Source of the DNA: Candidatus Saccharimonadota bacterium
GTDB lineage: Bacteria; Patescibacteriota; Saccharimonadia; Saccharimonadales; JAXHNE01
DNA: 64,000 nt
Direction of reading: 5' to 3'
Assembly: GCA_034520885.1 (NCBI GenBank)
Contig: JAXHNE010000005.1
Coordinates: forward strand, 13,748-77,747
The translations under genes were made by a program, and so were the position numbers. The notes below the pieces were generated by a model. That model made no database searches. It saw only the letters and a program-made list of their open reading frames with translations, and was not told the origin of the DNA. Every line of letters starts with the position of its first letter. Positions within the stretch are counted from its first letter, which is position 1. This document shows, one piece after another, positions 1-8,473 of this stretch.

Positions 1-905
1 GGGTAGGGAGTTTCTTTTTGCCTGTAGGCCAACCGGTGCTTTTCCCAGGAGCCGTGTTCTTCGGTGATCGTGCACCCGGAGGTGTCGATCATTTTCAGTT
101 CTCTGCGCGAGTTGGTGTAGGCCACGAAGTTGCCGTCGTTGCTCACGGCGAAAGCCTGAGGCTCTATACCGACTTTCAGTATCATTTTCCGCTCGTAGTC
201 GGCCATATCGATTAACACCATGCCTTCGTTCCCACGGGTCAAAAGAAAGCGCCCGTTTTGTGAAAAACGGTGGCGGGATACGTTAAAATCGCCGTCCGAA
301 AGAGTAAGCTTTGTTTGGTTCTGAAAGTTCAGCCTGTCGGGGTGATACCCCCAGTGCACTTGGCGGCCATCCGCCCAAATTCCGCCCCAGCCGCGAAAGT
401 TCTCCTGCACGGTGATCTCGTACGTTTTGTCCTGAAAGTATTTTCGGTGGGTTTCCAGCACTTTGCTTCCTTGCGGAGCCGGCTCGAACCAACCCGTCGG
501 CCCGCTCATACCGTATTTGTAACTAACGAAGCCCGCTGCGGTCCCGTTATACAAAAAGCTTTCGTGCCGGGCGACGTTCCAGGCGTCGGTAGCACGTATC
601 GCGAAGCGCCCCTGGCTGTTGGCCACCGTGCAGTGTTCGCCAAGGTTTTCGCCCCTTAGGTGCTGAAAAAACGTGAATGATCCCGGCCTGTCGTAAACCT
701 TTTCGTCCAAAAACGCCTTGGAAACATTTTGATATTCGCAGTACGGAAGCTGCTCGACACGGTCTTCGGAAATGTCACCGATTGTCTCCAGGCTCGTGCC
801 GCCGTCCCAGTGCGTGAACGCCGTATCGGCGCTGGCGGTGTCCGGAAAACACCAAAAAACCAGGGTGCACAAAATCACCGAACCGGCCACTCCCACAAAC
901 TTCAT
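1..905 (-). CDS. Secreted or membrane-anchored beta-propeller-like repeat protein; 3' end cut by the window edge
   Basis: Hand translation of the minus strand from the ATG at 905-903 gives MKFVGVAGSVILCTLVFWCFPDTASADTAF..., a signal-peptide-like N-terminus. The frame stays open to position 1. It is missing from the ORF track only because no stop codon lies in the window. Segments such as FAVSNDGNFVAYTNSRRELKMID resemble TolB/WD40-type blades. Confidence 0.6.
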   Translation of the reverse strand, partial: MKFVGVAGSVILCTLVFWCFPDTASADTAFTHWDGGTSLETIGDISEDRVEQLPYCEYQNVSKAFLDEKVYDRPGSFTFFQHLRGENLGEHCTVANSQGRFAIRATDAWNVARHESFLYNGTAAGFVSYKYGMSGPTGWFEPAPQGSKVLETHRKYFQDKTYEITVQENFRGWGGIWADGRQVHWGYHPDRLNFQNQTKLTLSDGDFNVSRHRFSQNGRFLLTRGNEGMVLIDMADYERKMILKVGIEPQAFAVSNDGNFVAYTNSRRELKMIDTSGCTITEEHGSWEKHRLAYRQKETPY

Positions 906-999
906 TGAGTGAAGTATAACGCACTTCGCGCTGGAATGCCAAATTACGCGCGGTGCAACGCTTGTGTTTGATCAAAGCTTTTACGCTATAGTTTTTGGT

Positions 1000-2364
1000 A
1001 TGGAAAAGAGGATAACTCCGGCGGATTTTGGCAGCGACACTCCCCCGCCGCGCATCATCGGCACGGAGTGCGAGTATTTACTGCAAGGTGGTGGCGGGTT
1101 GTGGTGGGATATCGTGTCTCCGAAAAATATTCATAACATCGGCCTTGGCTCCAAGTATGAGTTCACTAGCAACGGTTCGCGGACTTATATTGATCTTGGT
1201 AAGCTTATCGAATACGCGACACCGGAGTCGCTCGGCCCCTTGGACGCAACGGTTTCTGATTTTGCGGGAGTTGAAGTTATGAGAAGGCTTGTCATGACCT
1301 CGTGCGTGGATTACGAAGGATTGTACCGGCAAACGGGCTCGTTCGCGCAAGAGAAACACAACAGAAGGGACAAGAGTACCACCAGAGGGTTTCATGAAAA
1401 TTATCTGGCCCCGGCAGAGGCGACGGAAACGGAGTTTTTTCAAAAACTGCTTCCTTCGTTTTTGGCCAGCAAAGTATTTGATGGACAGGGTGCACTTACA
1501 CCGAAAGGCTACGCCTTAAAACAAAAGGTATGGGATTGCGGTGGAGACCCCGTAACGAATACGTATCATCGGCAAACGACCGCGGGAAATAAACCCATGG
1601 TTATGGTGCGTAACGACGAAACCGCACAAGGCGACTGGCGGCGTGTGGAATTACGGTGCGTTGACGGCGGACTTTCACCCGAGGCCAGAGTGGTAGCGTT
1701 GGGCGCGACCTCATTGGTTCTACGCTTATTCGAGCACCCTCGTTTCGTGAAGCAATCGGATTTGGAGGAATTCGCTTCCTTGGTATCTCCGGCTGACGCG
1801 GCCAAAATATTCGCTAAGGATTTGGATTTTAATTCCAGGATCGCATCCACCGATACGCAGAAAAACGTGACGGCAACCTCCATTCAGGAGTGCTTTTTGG
1901 ACGCCTGTGAGTCGATGTCGAAAGAGGTGGAATTACCAAAGGACGAGCAATACGCCCTAGATAAGTGGCGGGAAATTACCGATCGGATGAAACAGGCGAA
2001 AATCCGTGAAGGATATGCCGCCGGGCTGCGCGGCATTTGTGATAACGTGGCATTGTTCACGAAGTTCCAGAAACACTACCCTGAGGAGGAGTGGACTCCG
2101 AAGAACTTGGAGGGTCTGCGGGTCACCCAAAACTGGGACAAAATATTACCCGTTGGCAGTGCGGTGAAGTGGTGGAAGAACCACGGATCACCCTTGCTGA
2201 AATCTGAGGCTATCAAAGCCCGGCTATTCGAACCCCCGCAAACGCGAGCACAGCGGCGATCCGAAAAAATTAGTGATCCCGCCGTGGAGTATGTCAATTG
2301 GTCGGGTTTTGCCGAAAACGGCGACCGATCACATGAAAGCGGCTCTTTCGGCGACGTTTACTAG
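1000..2364 (+). CDS. Pup ligase/deamidase family protein (PafA/Dop homolog)
   Basis: The track ORF is 964..2364 (GTG start), with an internal ATG at 1000 (MEKRITP...). RIIGTECEY and NGSRTYIDLGKLIEYATPES match the N-terminal signatures of the Pup-ligase (carboxylate-amine ligase) family. Its stop codon directly abuts the stop codon of a pup gene. PafA versus Dop cannot be decided by eye. Confidence 0.85.
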   Translation: MEKRITPADFGSDTPPPRIIGTECEYLLQGGGGLWWDIVSPKNIHNIGLGSKYEFTSNGSRTYIDLGKLIEYATPESLGPLDATVSDFAGVEVMRRLVMTSCVDYEGLYRQTGSFAQEKHNRRDKSTTRGFHENYLAPAEATETEFFQKLLPSFLASKVFDGQGALTPKGYALKQKVWDCGGDPVTNTYHRQTTAGNKPMVMVRNDETAQGDWRRVELRCVDGGLSPEARVVALGATSLVLRLFEHPRFVKQSDLEEFASLVSPADAAKIFAKDLDFNSRIASTDTQKNVTATSIQECFLDACESMSKEVELPKDEQYALDKWREITDRMKQAKIREGYAAGLRGICDNVALFTKFQKHYPEEEWTPKNLEGLRVTQNWDKILPVGSAVKWWKNHGSPLLKSEAIKARLFEPPQTRAQRRSEKISDPAVEYVNWSGFAENGDRSHESGSFGDVY

Positions 2365-2583
2365 TTATTGTCCGCCTTTTTGCTGGAATTCTTTGGCGAA
2401 TTTCTCCGCGTTCTCCTCAAGTACATCGTCTATTCCGTCGAGCAACTCGTCAATATCACTCTCGTTATCTTCAAACGCCCCGTTAACCGCGGCCTCGCCG
2501 GCTTTTTCGGCGATCTCTTCATTGGTGATTTCACCTTCGGTTTCTGTCCGTTCAGGTTTGCGGGTTTTTACTTGTTCTCCCAT
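2365..2583 (-). CDS. pup: Prokaryotic ubiquitin-like protein Pup
   Basis: The ATG at 2583 is preceded by GGAG about 6 nt upstream. The 72-aa product is MGEQVKTRKPERTETEG...DELLDGIDDVLEENAEKFAKEFQQKGGQ. The acidic, disordered N-terminal half, the conserved helix LLDxIDxVLEENAExF and the terminal GGQ are the Pup hallmarks. The longer track ORF (to 2634) is rejected as an N-terminal over-extension. Confidence 0.9.
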   Translation of the reverse strand: MGEQVKTRKPERTETEGEITNEEIAEKAGEAAVNGAFEDNESDIDELLDGIDDVLEENAEKFAKEFQQKGGQ

Positions 2584-2653
2584 GTGTGTCTCCTTTTCTA
2601 CATTAATAGTAGCTTGCGTTTTCAAAGTTCCCAAGCGTGAGCGTTTTAATTTG

Positions 2654-3157
2654 TTATTCTTCGCGGGGTTTTAGGACGATGTGGCGGTCGCGGCCTTGGC
2701 CTTCGGACTCCGTCACGAGGCCTTCGGCGTCCGCCAGTTTGTGGATGGTGCGGCGGTCGGCGGCGTTCATGGGTTTTAGGTGCATGGGCTCACCGATGTC
2801 TTTGACCTCTTTGACCCACTCGGTCGCGGTGTTCTCCAGGCGCTCGGCGCGCTGTTTTTTGTACTCCGCGATGTCGACGTTCACGCGTGATACGGCGTAG
2901 CCTTGGTTGCGCAGGGCGTTACTGATGGTGAACTGCAACGCGCGCAAGGTGTCGCCGCGTTGGCCGATCAAAAAGCCGTTGAGATGCGTGCTGGGCACGT
3001 GCAGCTCGATGACCTCGTTGTCTTCGGTGGTGGCGTAGACGTCGGTGTTGAGGCCAAAGAACGACAGAAGATCCTCCAGGTACTTTTTGGCGTAGAGAAT
3101 CGCTTCGTCTACCGAGTCGTTGATTTCTTGTGGTTCTTTGCTATCACCCTCACTCAT
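2654..3157 (-). CDS. jag: Jag/KhpB RNA-binding protein (Jag-N, KH, R3H domains)
   Basis: C-terminal R3H-type motif MNAADRRTIHKLADAEGLVTESEGQGRDRHIVLKP. Conserved position immediately after yidC, with a 4-nt overlap. Confidence 0.85.
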   Translation of the reverse strand: MSEGDSKEPQEINDSVDEAILYAKKYLEDLLSFFGLNTDVYATTEDNEVIELHVPSTHLNGFLIGQRGDTLRALQFTISNALRNQGYAVSRVNVDIAEYKKQRAERLENTATEWVKEVKDIGEPMHLKPMNAADRRTIHKLADAEGLVTESEGQGRDRHIVLKPREE

Positions 3158-4092
3158 TTCTTCCTCCTTCGCTTGGCTTTTTTGGAAGATTTTTTGGCTT
3201 TGTTCGGCTTTTTCTTGGGTTTTTCCACGACCTCGCCTTCGATGACCTTTTTATCGGACGTTTTGGTTTTGTCCGCGGTGCTTAGAAGTTCTTGCTTGTC
3301 CTGGTTGAGGATGTGGGCTTGCTGTAGATAACCGATGAGCCCGCCGGTGAACCAGTACAGCGCCAGGGCGGACGGGAGCCCGGCGGTCACGATAAAGATC
3401 ATGAACGGAATAAAGTAGCGCATGGTGCGCCCGGTGGCGGCGGAAACTTCGGATTGATCGGCCTTTTTGCCTTCTTTGGCGTCGTTTAAGATTTGTTTGA
3501 GCGAGCGGGAGTTTTCGTCCGTCGGCATAAGCTGTTTGCTGCTATAAAACTGAGTGACGGCGCTTCCCAGCACTAACGCCATGGCCGGCCAGTAAGTGCC
3601 CCCGCCACCGACCGCGCTGCGGGTAAGATCAATTACCCCGAACAAGGTTTGGTCGAAACGGGCCATGTTGCCGGCAATTTGCTCCAGCCATGGCAGGTGG
3701 TTAATAAAGCTGTAACTAAAGGTAATCAGCGCGTCCGGGTCGTCTACGAGTCGCCTTAACCCGGAAAGTAATCCGATCAAAATTACCAGCTGCACGATAA
3801 GCACGCCGATGGTGCCGAACGGGCTGATTTCCTTTTCCTTGTACAAGGCCATGAGCATCATGGATTCTTGTTGGCGATTCCCCTTGGTTTGTTTTTTGAT
3901 GCGCTTGATTTCCGGCTGGAGTTCGCGCATGGCTTTAGCGTGGTGCAACTGCTTTTTCACCAGCGGCCACATCAAAAGGCGCACGATAATCGTGAAAATA
4001 ATCAACGCCAGGCCGAAGTTGTGCCCCGGCAAGATCGCGTAAATAAAGACCAATAAGTTAAATATTGGCTGGACTATGAAAAAATCGAACAT
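3154..4092 (-). CDS. yidC: Membrane protein insertase YidC (short Gram-positive type)
   Basis: Multi-TM protein with the YidC/Oxa1 core (MWPLVKKQLHHAKAMRELQPEIKRIKKQ...) and a lysine-rich C-terminal tail. rnpA-yidC-jag synteny. Confidence 0.9.
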   Translation of the reverse strand: MFDFFIVQPIFNLLVFIYAILPGHNFGLALIIFTIIVRLLMWPLVKKQLHHAKAMRELQPEIKRIKKQTKGNRQQESMMLMALYKEKEISPFGTIGVLIVQLVILIGLLSGLRRLVDDPDALITFSYSFINHLPWLEQIAGNMARFDQTLFGVIDLTRSAVGGGGTYWPAMALVLGSAVTQFYSSKQLMPTDENSRSLKQILNDAKEGKKADQSEVSAATGRTMRYFIPFMIFIVTAGLPSALALYWFTGGLIGYLQQAHILNQDKQELLSTADKTKTSDKKVIEGEVVEKPKKKPNKAKKSSKKAKRRRKK

Positions 4093-4146
4093 ATAGCTCC
4101 TATGATAGCACGCTGTTACTTCTCCGCGCAGCCGTAAATTTTACGA

Positions 4147-4491
4147 CTAAATAATACCCGCTTGGGAGAGCTGGGTGCGCAACATGGTGTCCAGCTCCTC
4201 GTGCGGCATGGTGGCCACGTTTTCGCTGTACACCATGATGGCAATGTCATACGGGTGTTTTACGCGGTCTTCGTAATGGCGGACGACCTCGAACACCCGG
4301 CGGCGTATACGATTACGTACCACTGCGGATTTATTGACTTTTTTGCTCACCACTACCGCCAGCCGATACGTCGTGCGTTTGGGGTTTTTGTGGTATTTGA
4401 TGGCGCACATCGGCCCGCGCACCACCCTGCCGTGTTTGTACACGAACTTGAGGCTGCCGTAGCCGTGAAATCGATGTGCTTTGGAGATCAT
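4147..4491 (-). CDS. rnpA: Ribonuclease P protein component
   Basis: A 114-aa basic protein with the RNase P protein RNR-type motif (KSAVVRNRIRRRVFEVVR). Located between rpmH and yidC. Confidence 0.9.
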   Translation of the reverse strand: MISKAHRFHGYGSLKFVYKHGRVVRGPMCAIKYHKNPKRTTYRLAVVVSKKVNKSAVVRNRIRRRVFEVVRHYEDRVKHPYDIAIMVYSENVATMPHEELDTMLRTQLSQAGII

Positions 4492-4580
4492 GTAACTAAG
4501 TATAAAGTCAAAAGTTTATAAAGTTACAAGTTTTCCTGTCACGAAGACAGTTTTTTACTTGCCACTTTACACTTTAAAAC
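4492..4580. repeat. Cargo-less heptamer-periodic imperfect inverted repeat filling the rpmH-rnpA spacer
   Basis: The left arm reads aagtata aagtcaa aagttta taaagtt acaagtt. The apex is a hairpin ctgtc-acgaa-gacag. The right arm reads acttgcc acttta cacttta aaactta, i.e. NNNNctt words complementary to the aagNNNN words. It spans exactly from the rnpA start to the rpmH stop. Confidence 0.6.
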
Positions 4581-4718
4581 TTAAGCCGAGAGCTTGGCGC
4601 GGCTTTTATTGCGGCGGCGCTTGAGCACCGCTTTGCCCGCTTTGGAGGACATGCGGCTCATAAAACCGTGGCGGCGCGCGCGGCGGCGGGTTTTGGGTTG
4701 AAACGTTCTTTTTGGCAT
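4581..4718 (-). CDS. rpmH: 50S ribosomal protein L34
   Basis: Found by hand (45 aa, below the track cutoff): [45 protein letters not shown]. This is the classic L34 sequence at the head of the rpmH-rnpA operon. Confidence 0.9.
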   Translation of the reverse strand: MPKRTFQPKTRRRARRHGFMSRMSSKAGKAVLKRRRNKSRAKLSA

Positions 4719-4847
4719 AGAGGGTAATTTTACCGGTAAACGCCCGGGTTGTCAACTTCGGTGGGTAGGGCGCGTTCGGGCGGTGCGTATATTTCGGGCG
4801 GTGAAGTACGTGGAATTCACCACATTTTTGCCCGAATTTCCGGGTAG

Positions 4848-4973
4848 TTTTCCACGGTTTTTTTACTATTTTCCACAGTTTTTCAGTTGATTTTTTGGCT
4901 TGTGTACAATTCTACCCCTGTTTTTGAAAATGTCGCGCGTTTTCCGGGTTGAACAAAAAATTTCTGTGGAAAA
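4848..4973. promoter_or_regulatory. DnaA-box cluster upstream of dnaA (candidate oriC / dnaA control region)
   Basis: Near-consensus boxes versus TTATCCACA: ttttccacg at 4848-4856, ttttccaca at 4869-4877, and tgtggaaaa (reverse complement) at 4965-4973. More degenerate boxes lie in the dnaA-dnaN spacer, e.g. tgtggagaa at 6606-6614 and ttttacaca at 6648-6656. Confidence 0.5.
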
Positions 4974-5044
4974 CTTTGGATTGTTTGGTATATTGTGGGT
5001 ACGAACGCCGCCGGGCGTACGACTTAAAGCAGAGGGAGCAAAAG

Positions 5045-6409
5045 GTGCAGGACAGTTTGTGGCAAGCGGTTTTGGGGGAGATCGAGCTATCGGTTTCGCG
5101 CGCCAGTTTCGTCACGTGGTTCAAGAACACTCGCCTGCTGCGCCGCAACGAAGAATTAATGGTCATTGGCGTTCCGAACGTCTTTATAAAGCAGCAATTG
5201 GAGCAAAAGTATAATTCTTTGGTGTTGGACATCTTAAAAAAGAACGGGGTCGACTCGCTCAAAGTGGAGTATAAGATAAACTCCTCCATTACCCCGAAAA
5301 AGAAAGAAAACGACGAGGAAGAAACGGTGGTGCGCCGCGCCGCCGGTACCGTGAAAAAAACCAAACCTTCGTCGGCACTTACCCACAACTACCGCCAAGG
5401 CATTAACGAACGCTACACTTTTGAAAACTTTATCGTGGGGTCGGCCAACGAGCTGGCTTACGCCGCTTGCCAGGCGGTGGCGCAAAATCCGGGCTCCAAA
5501 TACAATCCGTTGTTTTTGTACGGCGGCGTGGGGATCGGAAAAACCCACCTGATCCAGGCGGTCGGCAACGAAATCCTCAAAGCCCGGCCCTCCTCCCGGG
5601 TGGTGTATATTTCTACCGAGCAGTTCGTGCAGGAATTCCTGGACGCCATTCGCTACAAAAAGAATACCGATTTTGCCGGCCACTACCGCAGCGCGGACGT
5701 GTTGATCGTAGACGATATCCAGTTCATCGCCGGCAAGGAAAAAACCCAAGAAGAATTCTTCCACACCTTTAACGCCCTGCACCAGGCCAATAAACAGATA
5801 ATTATTAGCAGCGATAAGCCGCCGCGGGATATCCCGACACTGGAAGAGCGGCTGCAATCACGTTTTGCCTGGGGGATGTCGATTGACATGCAAAACCCCG
5901 ATTACGAAACGCGCTGCGCGATCGTGACCGCCAAAGCCCAATCCCACGACGCTACGCTAGCGCCGGACGTAGTGGAATTTTTGGCCAATTTAATACAGAC
6001 CAACATCCGTGAGCTGGAAGGCGCGCTTAATCAACTACTCGCCTTTTGTGAAATGCGCGGGCTGGAGCCGGAAATCGGGATCGCCAAATCCTTGCTGAGC
6101 GGAAAATCTTCCCGCCCCAAACACGTCAGCGCCAAACAAATCATTGAGCGGTGCGCCAAACACTTTAACGTGGAGGTAGAAGACGTGCTCGGCCCCAAGC
6201 GCGACAAAGACATCGTGGTGCCGCGGCAAATCGCTATGTACATGCTGCGTAGTGAATTGCATTTGAGTTTTCCCAAAATCGCCCGGGAGCTTGGCCGTAA
6301 AGACCACACCACCGCGATTCATTCGGTCGAAAAAATCGAAAAGGCGTCCGGTTTGGATCCGGATCTTAAAACGGCGCTTTCCGATATTAAGGAGCGGTTG
6401 TATGCGTAG
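5045..6409 (+). CDS. dnaA: Chromosomal replication initiator DnaA
   Basis: AAA+ Walker A LFLYGGVGIGKTHL, Walker B LIVDDIQF, and the C-terminal DNA-binding domain (PRQIAMYMLR...HTTAIHSV). The start is set at GTG 5045, with GGGAG 6 nt upstream, giving VQDSLWQAVLGEI.... The track ORF begins at 4949 with an implausible extension. Confidence 0.9.
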   Translation: MQDSLWQAVLGEIELSVSRASFVTWFKNTRLLRRNEELMVIGVPNVFIKQQLEQKYNSLVLDILKKNGVDSLKVEYKINSSITPKKKENDEEETVVRRAAGTVKKTKPSSALTHNYRQGINERYTFENFIVGSANELAYAACQAVAQNPGSKYNPLFLYGGVGIGKTHLIQAVGNEILKARPSSRVVYISTEQFVQEFLDAIRYKKNTDFAGHYRSADVLIVDDIQFIAGKEKTQEEFFHTFNALHQANKQIIISSDKPPRDIPTLEERLQSRFAWGMSIDMQNPDYETRCAIVTAKAQSHDATLAPDVVEFLANLIQTNIRELEGALNQLLAFCEMRGLEPEIGIAKSLLSGKSSRPKHVSAKQIIERCAKHFNVEVEDVLGPKRDKDIVVPRQIAMYMLRSELHLSFPKIARELGRKDHTTAIHSVEKIEKASGLDPDLKTALSDIKERLYA

Positions 6410-6597
6410 TTTTGGAAGGTGGAAGATGGTAGGTGGAAGATGGAATTCATATTTTAGTACTTGGTTTTTGGCAAGTGGTCGTGAAAGTCTACTACTGGGT
6501 ATGCGTAAGTTTGGAAGGTGGAAGATGGTAGGTGGAAGATGGCGGTTGGGTGCTAACACTCTTTACTCTTTGCTCTTTGCTCTTTGCTCACACCTGT
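6400..6597. repeat. 44-bp direct repeat including the last dnaA codons, plus heptamer tracts
   Basis: gtatgcgta-N2-tttggaaggtggaagatggtaggtggaagatgg occurs at 6400-6443 and 6499-6542 (2 mismatches). The first copy contains the dnaA codons TAT GCG TAG. The internal words are ggaaggt ggaagat ggtaggt ggaagat (period 7). They are followed at 6568-6597 by ctcttta ctctttg ctctttg ctctttg ctcac. Confidence 0.8.
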
Positions 6598-6944
6598 GGG
6601 TGGCGTGTGGAGAAATCGTTGGAAAAGCTGTTCGTAAGGTTCGTGGGTTTTACACAAATACACAGCGCGCACTAAAAACATCATTTATTCACGTACGTTT
6701 TACACGGGTCCGTGCACAGTTTTTGTACTCACTTTTTCACAGGAATTTTACGAATTCTTCCCTGTTATTTGCTTTTGTACACATCTCCCACTGCCCCTAT
6801 AACGACTACTACTTATATAAACTAGTTAGAAGAAAGGTTTAAAAATGAATCCTATAAAACCGGCTCCAGAAAAAGTAAGGACAGGAAGTTCAACACTACA
6901 TTACAACCCAGGCATAACAATAAAACCAAAGGAGGTTTAACGGA

Positions 6945-8039
6945 ATGAAGTTGCAAGTTACCCAGGAAAATTTCGCCAAGGCGCTCGCCAGTGTGGCACG
7001 AACAGCAAGCTCTAAAAGCACCCTGCCCATTCTTTCCAACGTACTACTAAAAACCGCCGGGAATCGTTTACGCGTAGCGGCTACTAATTTAGATATCGGC
7101 ATTACGCATAACATTGGTTCCAAGATTAGCCAAGAAGGATCAATTACCGTTCCCGCCCGGCTTACGCAGGATTTCGTGAGTAGTCTCCCGGGCGAAGTGA
7201 TCGATCTGGAGCTGGAAGAAAACAAGCTGCACATTTCCACCGAAAAATACCAATCCACGATTAATGGTGTCGGCGCCGAGGATTTCCCGGTAATGCCGGC
7301 GATCAGCAACGGGTCTTCAATAAAAATTGACGCTCTTACCCTGAAAGAAGCGCTTTCGCAGGTGATCGTGGCGGCCAGTAACGACGAAGCCCGCCCGGTG
7401 CTTACCGGAATATTTATGCACGCGCACGAAGGAAATCTGTATTTCGTGGCCACGGACAGTTACCGCCTAGCGGAACGAAAAGTGATGCCGCTCAAACAAG
7501 ACGTTCGTTTACTGGTGCCTTCCAACGCCATGCAAGACTTACTGCGGGTGATTCCCGACGACACCGAAACCGTGGAAATTTTTTACGATGACCAGCAAGT
7601 AAGTTTCGTGGCCGGTGACGTGGAACTGGTGACACGCATGATCGACGGCGAATACCCCAACTACCGCAACCTTATCCCCGCCAAGTTCGAACACACCGCG
7701 ACCGTGGAGCGTTCCGAGTTCATTAATATCACTAAAGTATCCAGTTTGTTCGCCCGGGAAAGTGCCGGGAGCGTGACGTTGACGACGGACGAAAAAGCCA
7801 AGGAGTTGAGTATTACCTCGGTTGCCTCGCAGGTGGGCGACAACACCGCGGCGGCCAGCGCCAAAATTTACGGCGAGGGCGCGGCGATCACCCTTAATTC
7901 CCGCTACCTACTGGACGCGTTGAACGTGTTCCATGGCGCGGAAACCACCCTGTCGTTTAACAGTAAATTGGACGCCGCCCAGCTTTCCGACCCCAAAAAC
8001 AAGGACTATACTCATATTGTAATGCCGCTGAAGTCCTAG
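6945..8039 (+). CDS. dnaN: DNA polymerase III beta sliding clamp
   Basis: 364 aa with GGAGG upstream. Typical DnaN sequence (MKLQVTQENFAKAL...; ...YTHIVMPLKS) and dnaA-dnaN-recF synteny. Confidence 0.95.
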   Translation: MKLQVTQENFAKALASVARTASSKSTLPILSNVLLKTAGNRLRVAATNLDIGITHNIGSKISQEGSITVPARLTQDFVSSLPGEVIDLELEENKLHISTEKYQSTINGVGAEDFPVMPAISNGSSIKIDALTLKEALSQVIVAASNDEARPVLTGIFMHAHEGNLYFVATDSYRLAERKVMPLKQDVRLLVPSNAMQDLLRVIPDDTETVEIFYDDQQVSFVAGDVELVTRMIDGEYPNYRNLIPAKFEHTATVERSEFINITKVSSLFARESAGSVTLTTDEKAKELSITSVASQVGDNTAAASAKIYGEGAAITLNSRYLLDALNVFHGAETTLSFNSKLDAAQLSDPKNKDYTHIVMPLKS

Positions 8040-8473
8040 ACTTCAGCAAGTTGAAAGTGCAAAGCTTAAAGACTAAAGTTTTAGTATGAAGATAAATTCG
8101 TTCGAAGATATATTGGCTTGGAAAAAAGCCAAAGACCTTACGGTGGCGGTGTATAAAACCACCAAAAGCAACAAAGACAATGGCTTCAACAGCCAACTAC
8201 AAAGAGCCGCGGTGTCGATAATGAATAATATTGCTGAGGGGTTTGAGAGACAAAGCAACAAAGAGTTTAAAAAGTTTTTATATATAGCGAAGGGTTCTTG
8301 TGGTGAAGTGAGGTCAATGTTGCGGCTCGGCCAAAGCTTAGAGACGATAAACGAAGATTCCGGCAAGATTTTAATTGACCAGTCAATCGAGATTTCCAAA
8401 CTATTGTCAGGATTAATAAAGAAACTATGAAAACTTTCTACTTTATAAACTTTAAGAACTTTAAACTAAACGC
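8040..8473 (+). mobile_element. Putative heptamer-armed cassette 1 carrying a four-helix-bundle gene
   Basis: The left arm (8040-8085) is built of aagNNNN heptamers: aagttga aagtgca aagctta aagacta aagtttt. The right arm (8431-8473) is built of the complementary NNNNctt words: aaacttt ctacttt ...aactt taagaactt. The cassette begins 1 nt after the dnaN stop and ends 1 nt before the recF ATG. Confidence 0.55.
8086..8430 (+). CDS. Four-helix-bundle protein (23S rRNA intervening-sequence protein / Avd-like family)
   Basis: 114 aa. Family motif QLQRAAVSIMNNIAEGFERQSNKEFKKFLYIAKGSCGEVRSML. Three further paralogs lie in this window. Confidence 0.85.
   Translation: MKINSFEDILAWKKAKDLTVAVYKTTKSNKDNGFNSQLQRAAVSIMNNIAEGFERQSNKEFKKFLYIAKGSCGEVRSMLRLGQSLETINEDSGKILIDQSIEISKLLSGLIKKL

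Noticed and set aside
1-4100. Proteasome (prcA/prcB) or Mpa/ARC genes expected next to pup and pafA.
   Set aside because: None of the ORFs in this region, or elsewhere in the window, shows proteasome subunit or AAA-Mpa features. Their absence from the genome cannot be inferred from one window.
4949-5044. Track start of dnaA at 4949 (MNKKFLWKTLDCLVYCGYERRRAYDLKQREQK...).
   Set aside because: The extension overlaps the DnaA-box region and has no similarity to DnaA N-termini. GTG 5045 has a GGGAG ribosome-binding site and yields the typical ...LWQAVLGEI... start.
5234-5857. 207-aa minus-strand ORF, plus many similar long ORFs antisense to dnaA, dnaN, virB4, valS, groEL, the LTD gene (34451..35197) and others.
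   Set aside because: They are shadow ORFs opposite well-supported genes, with biased Arg/Gly/Val-rich composition and no motifs.
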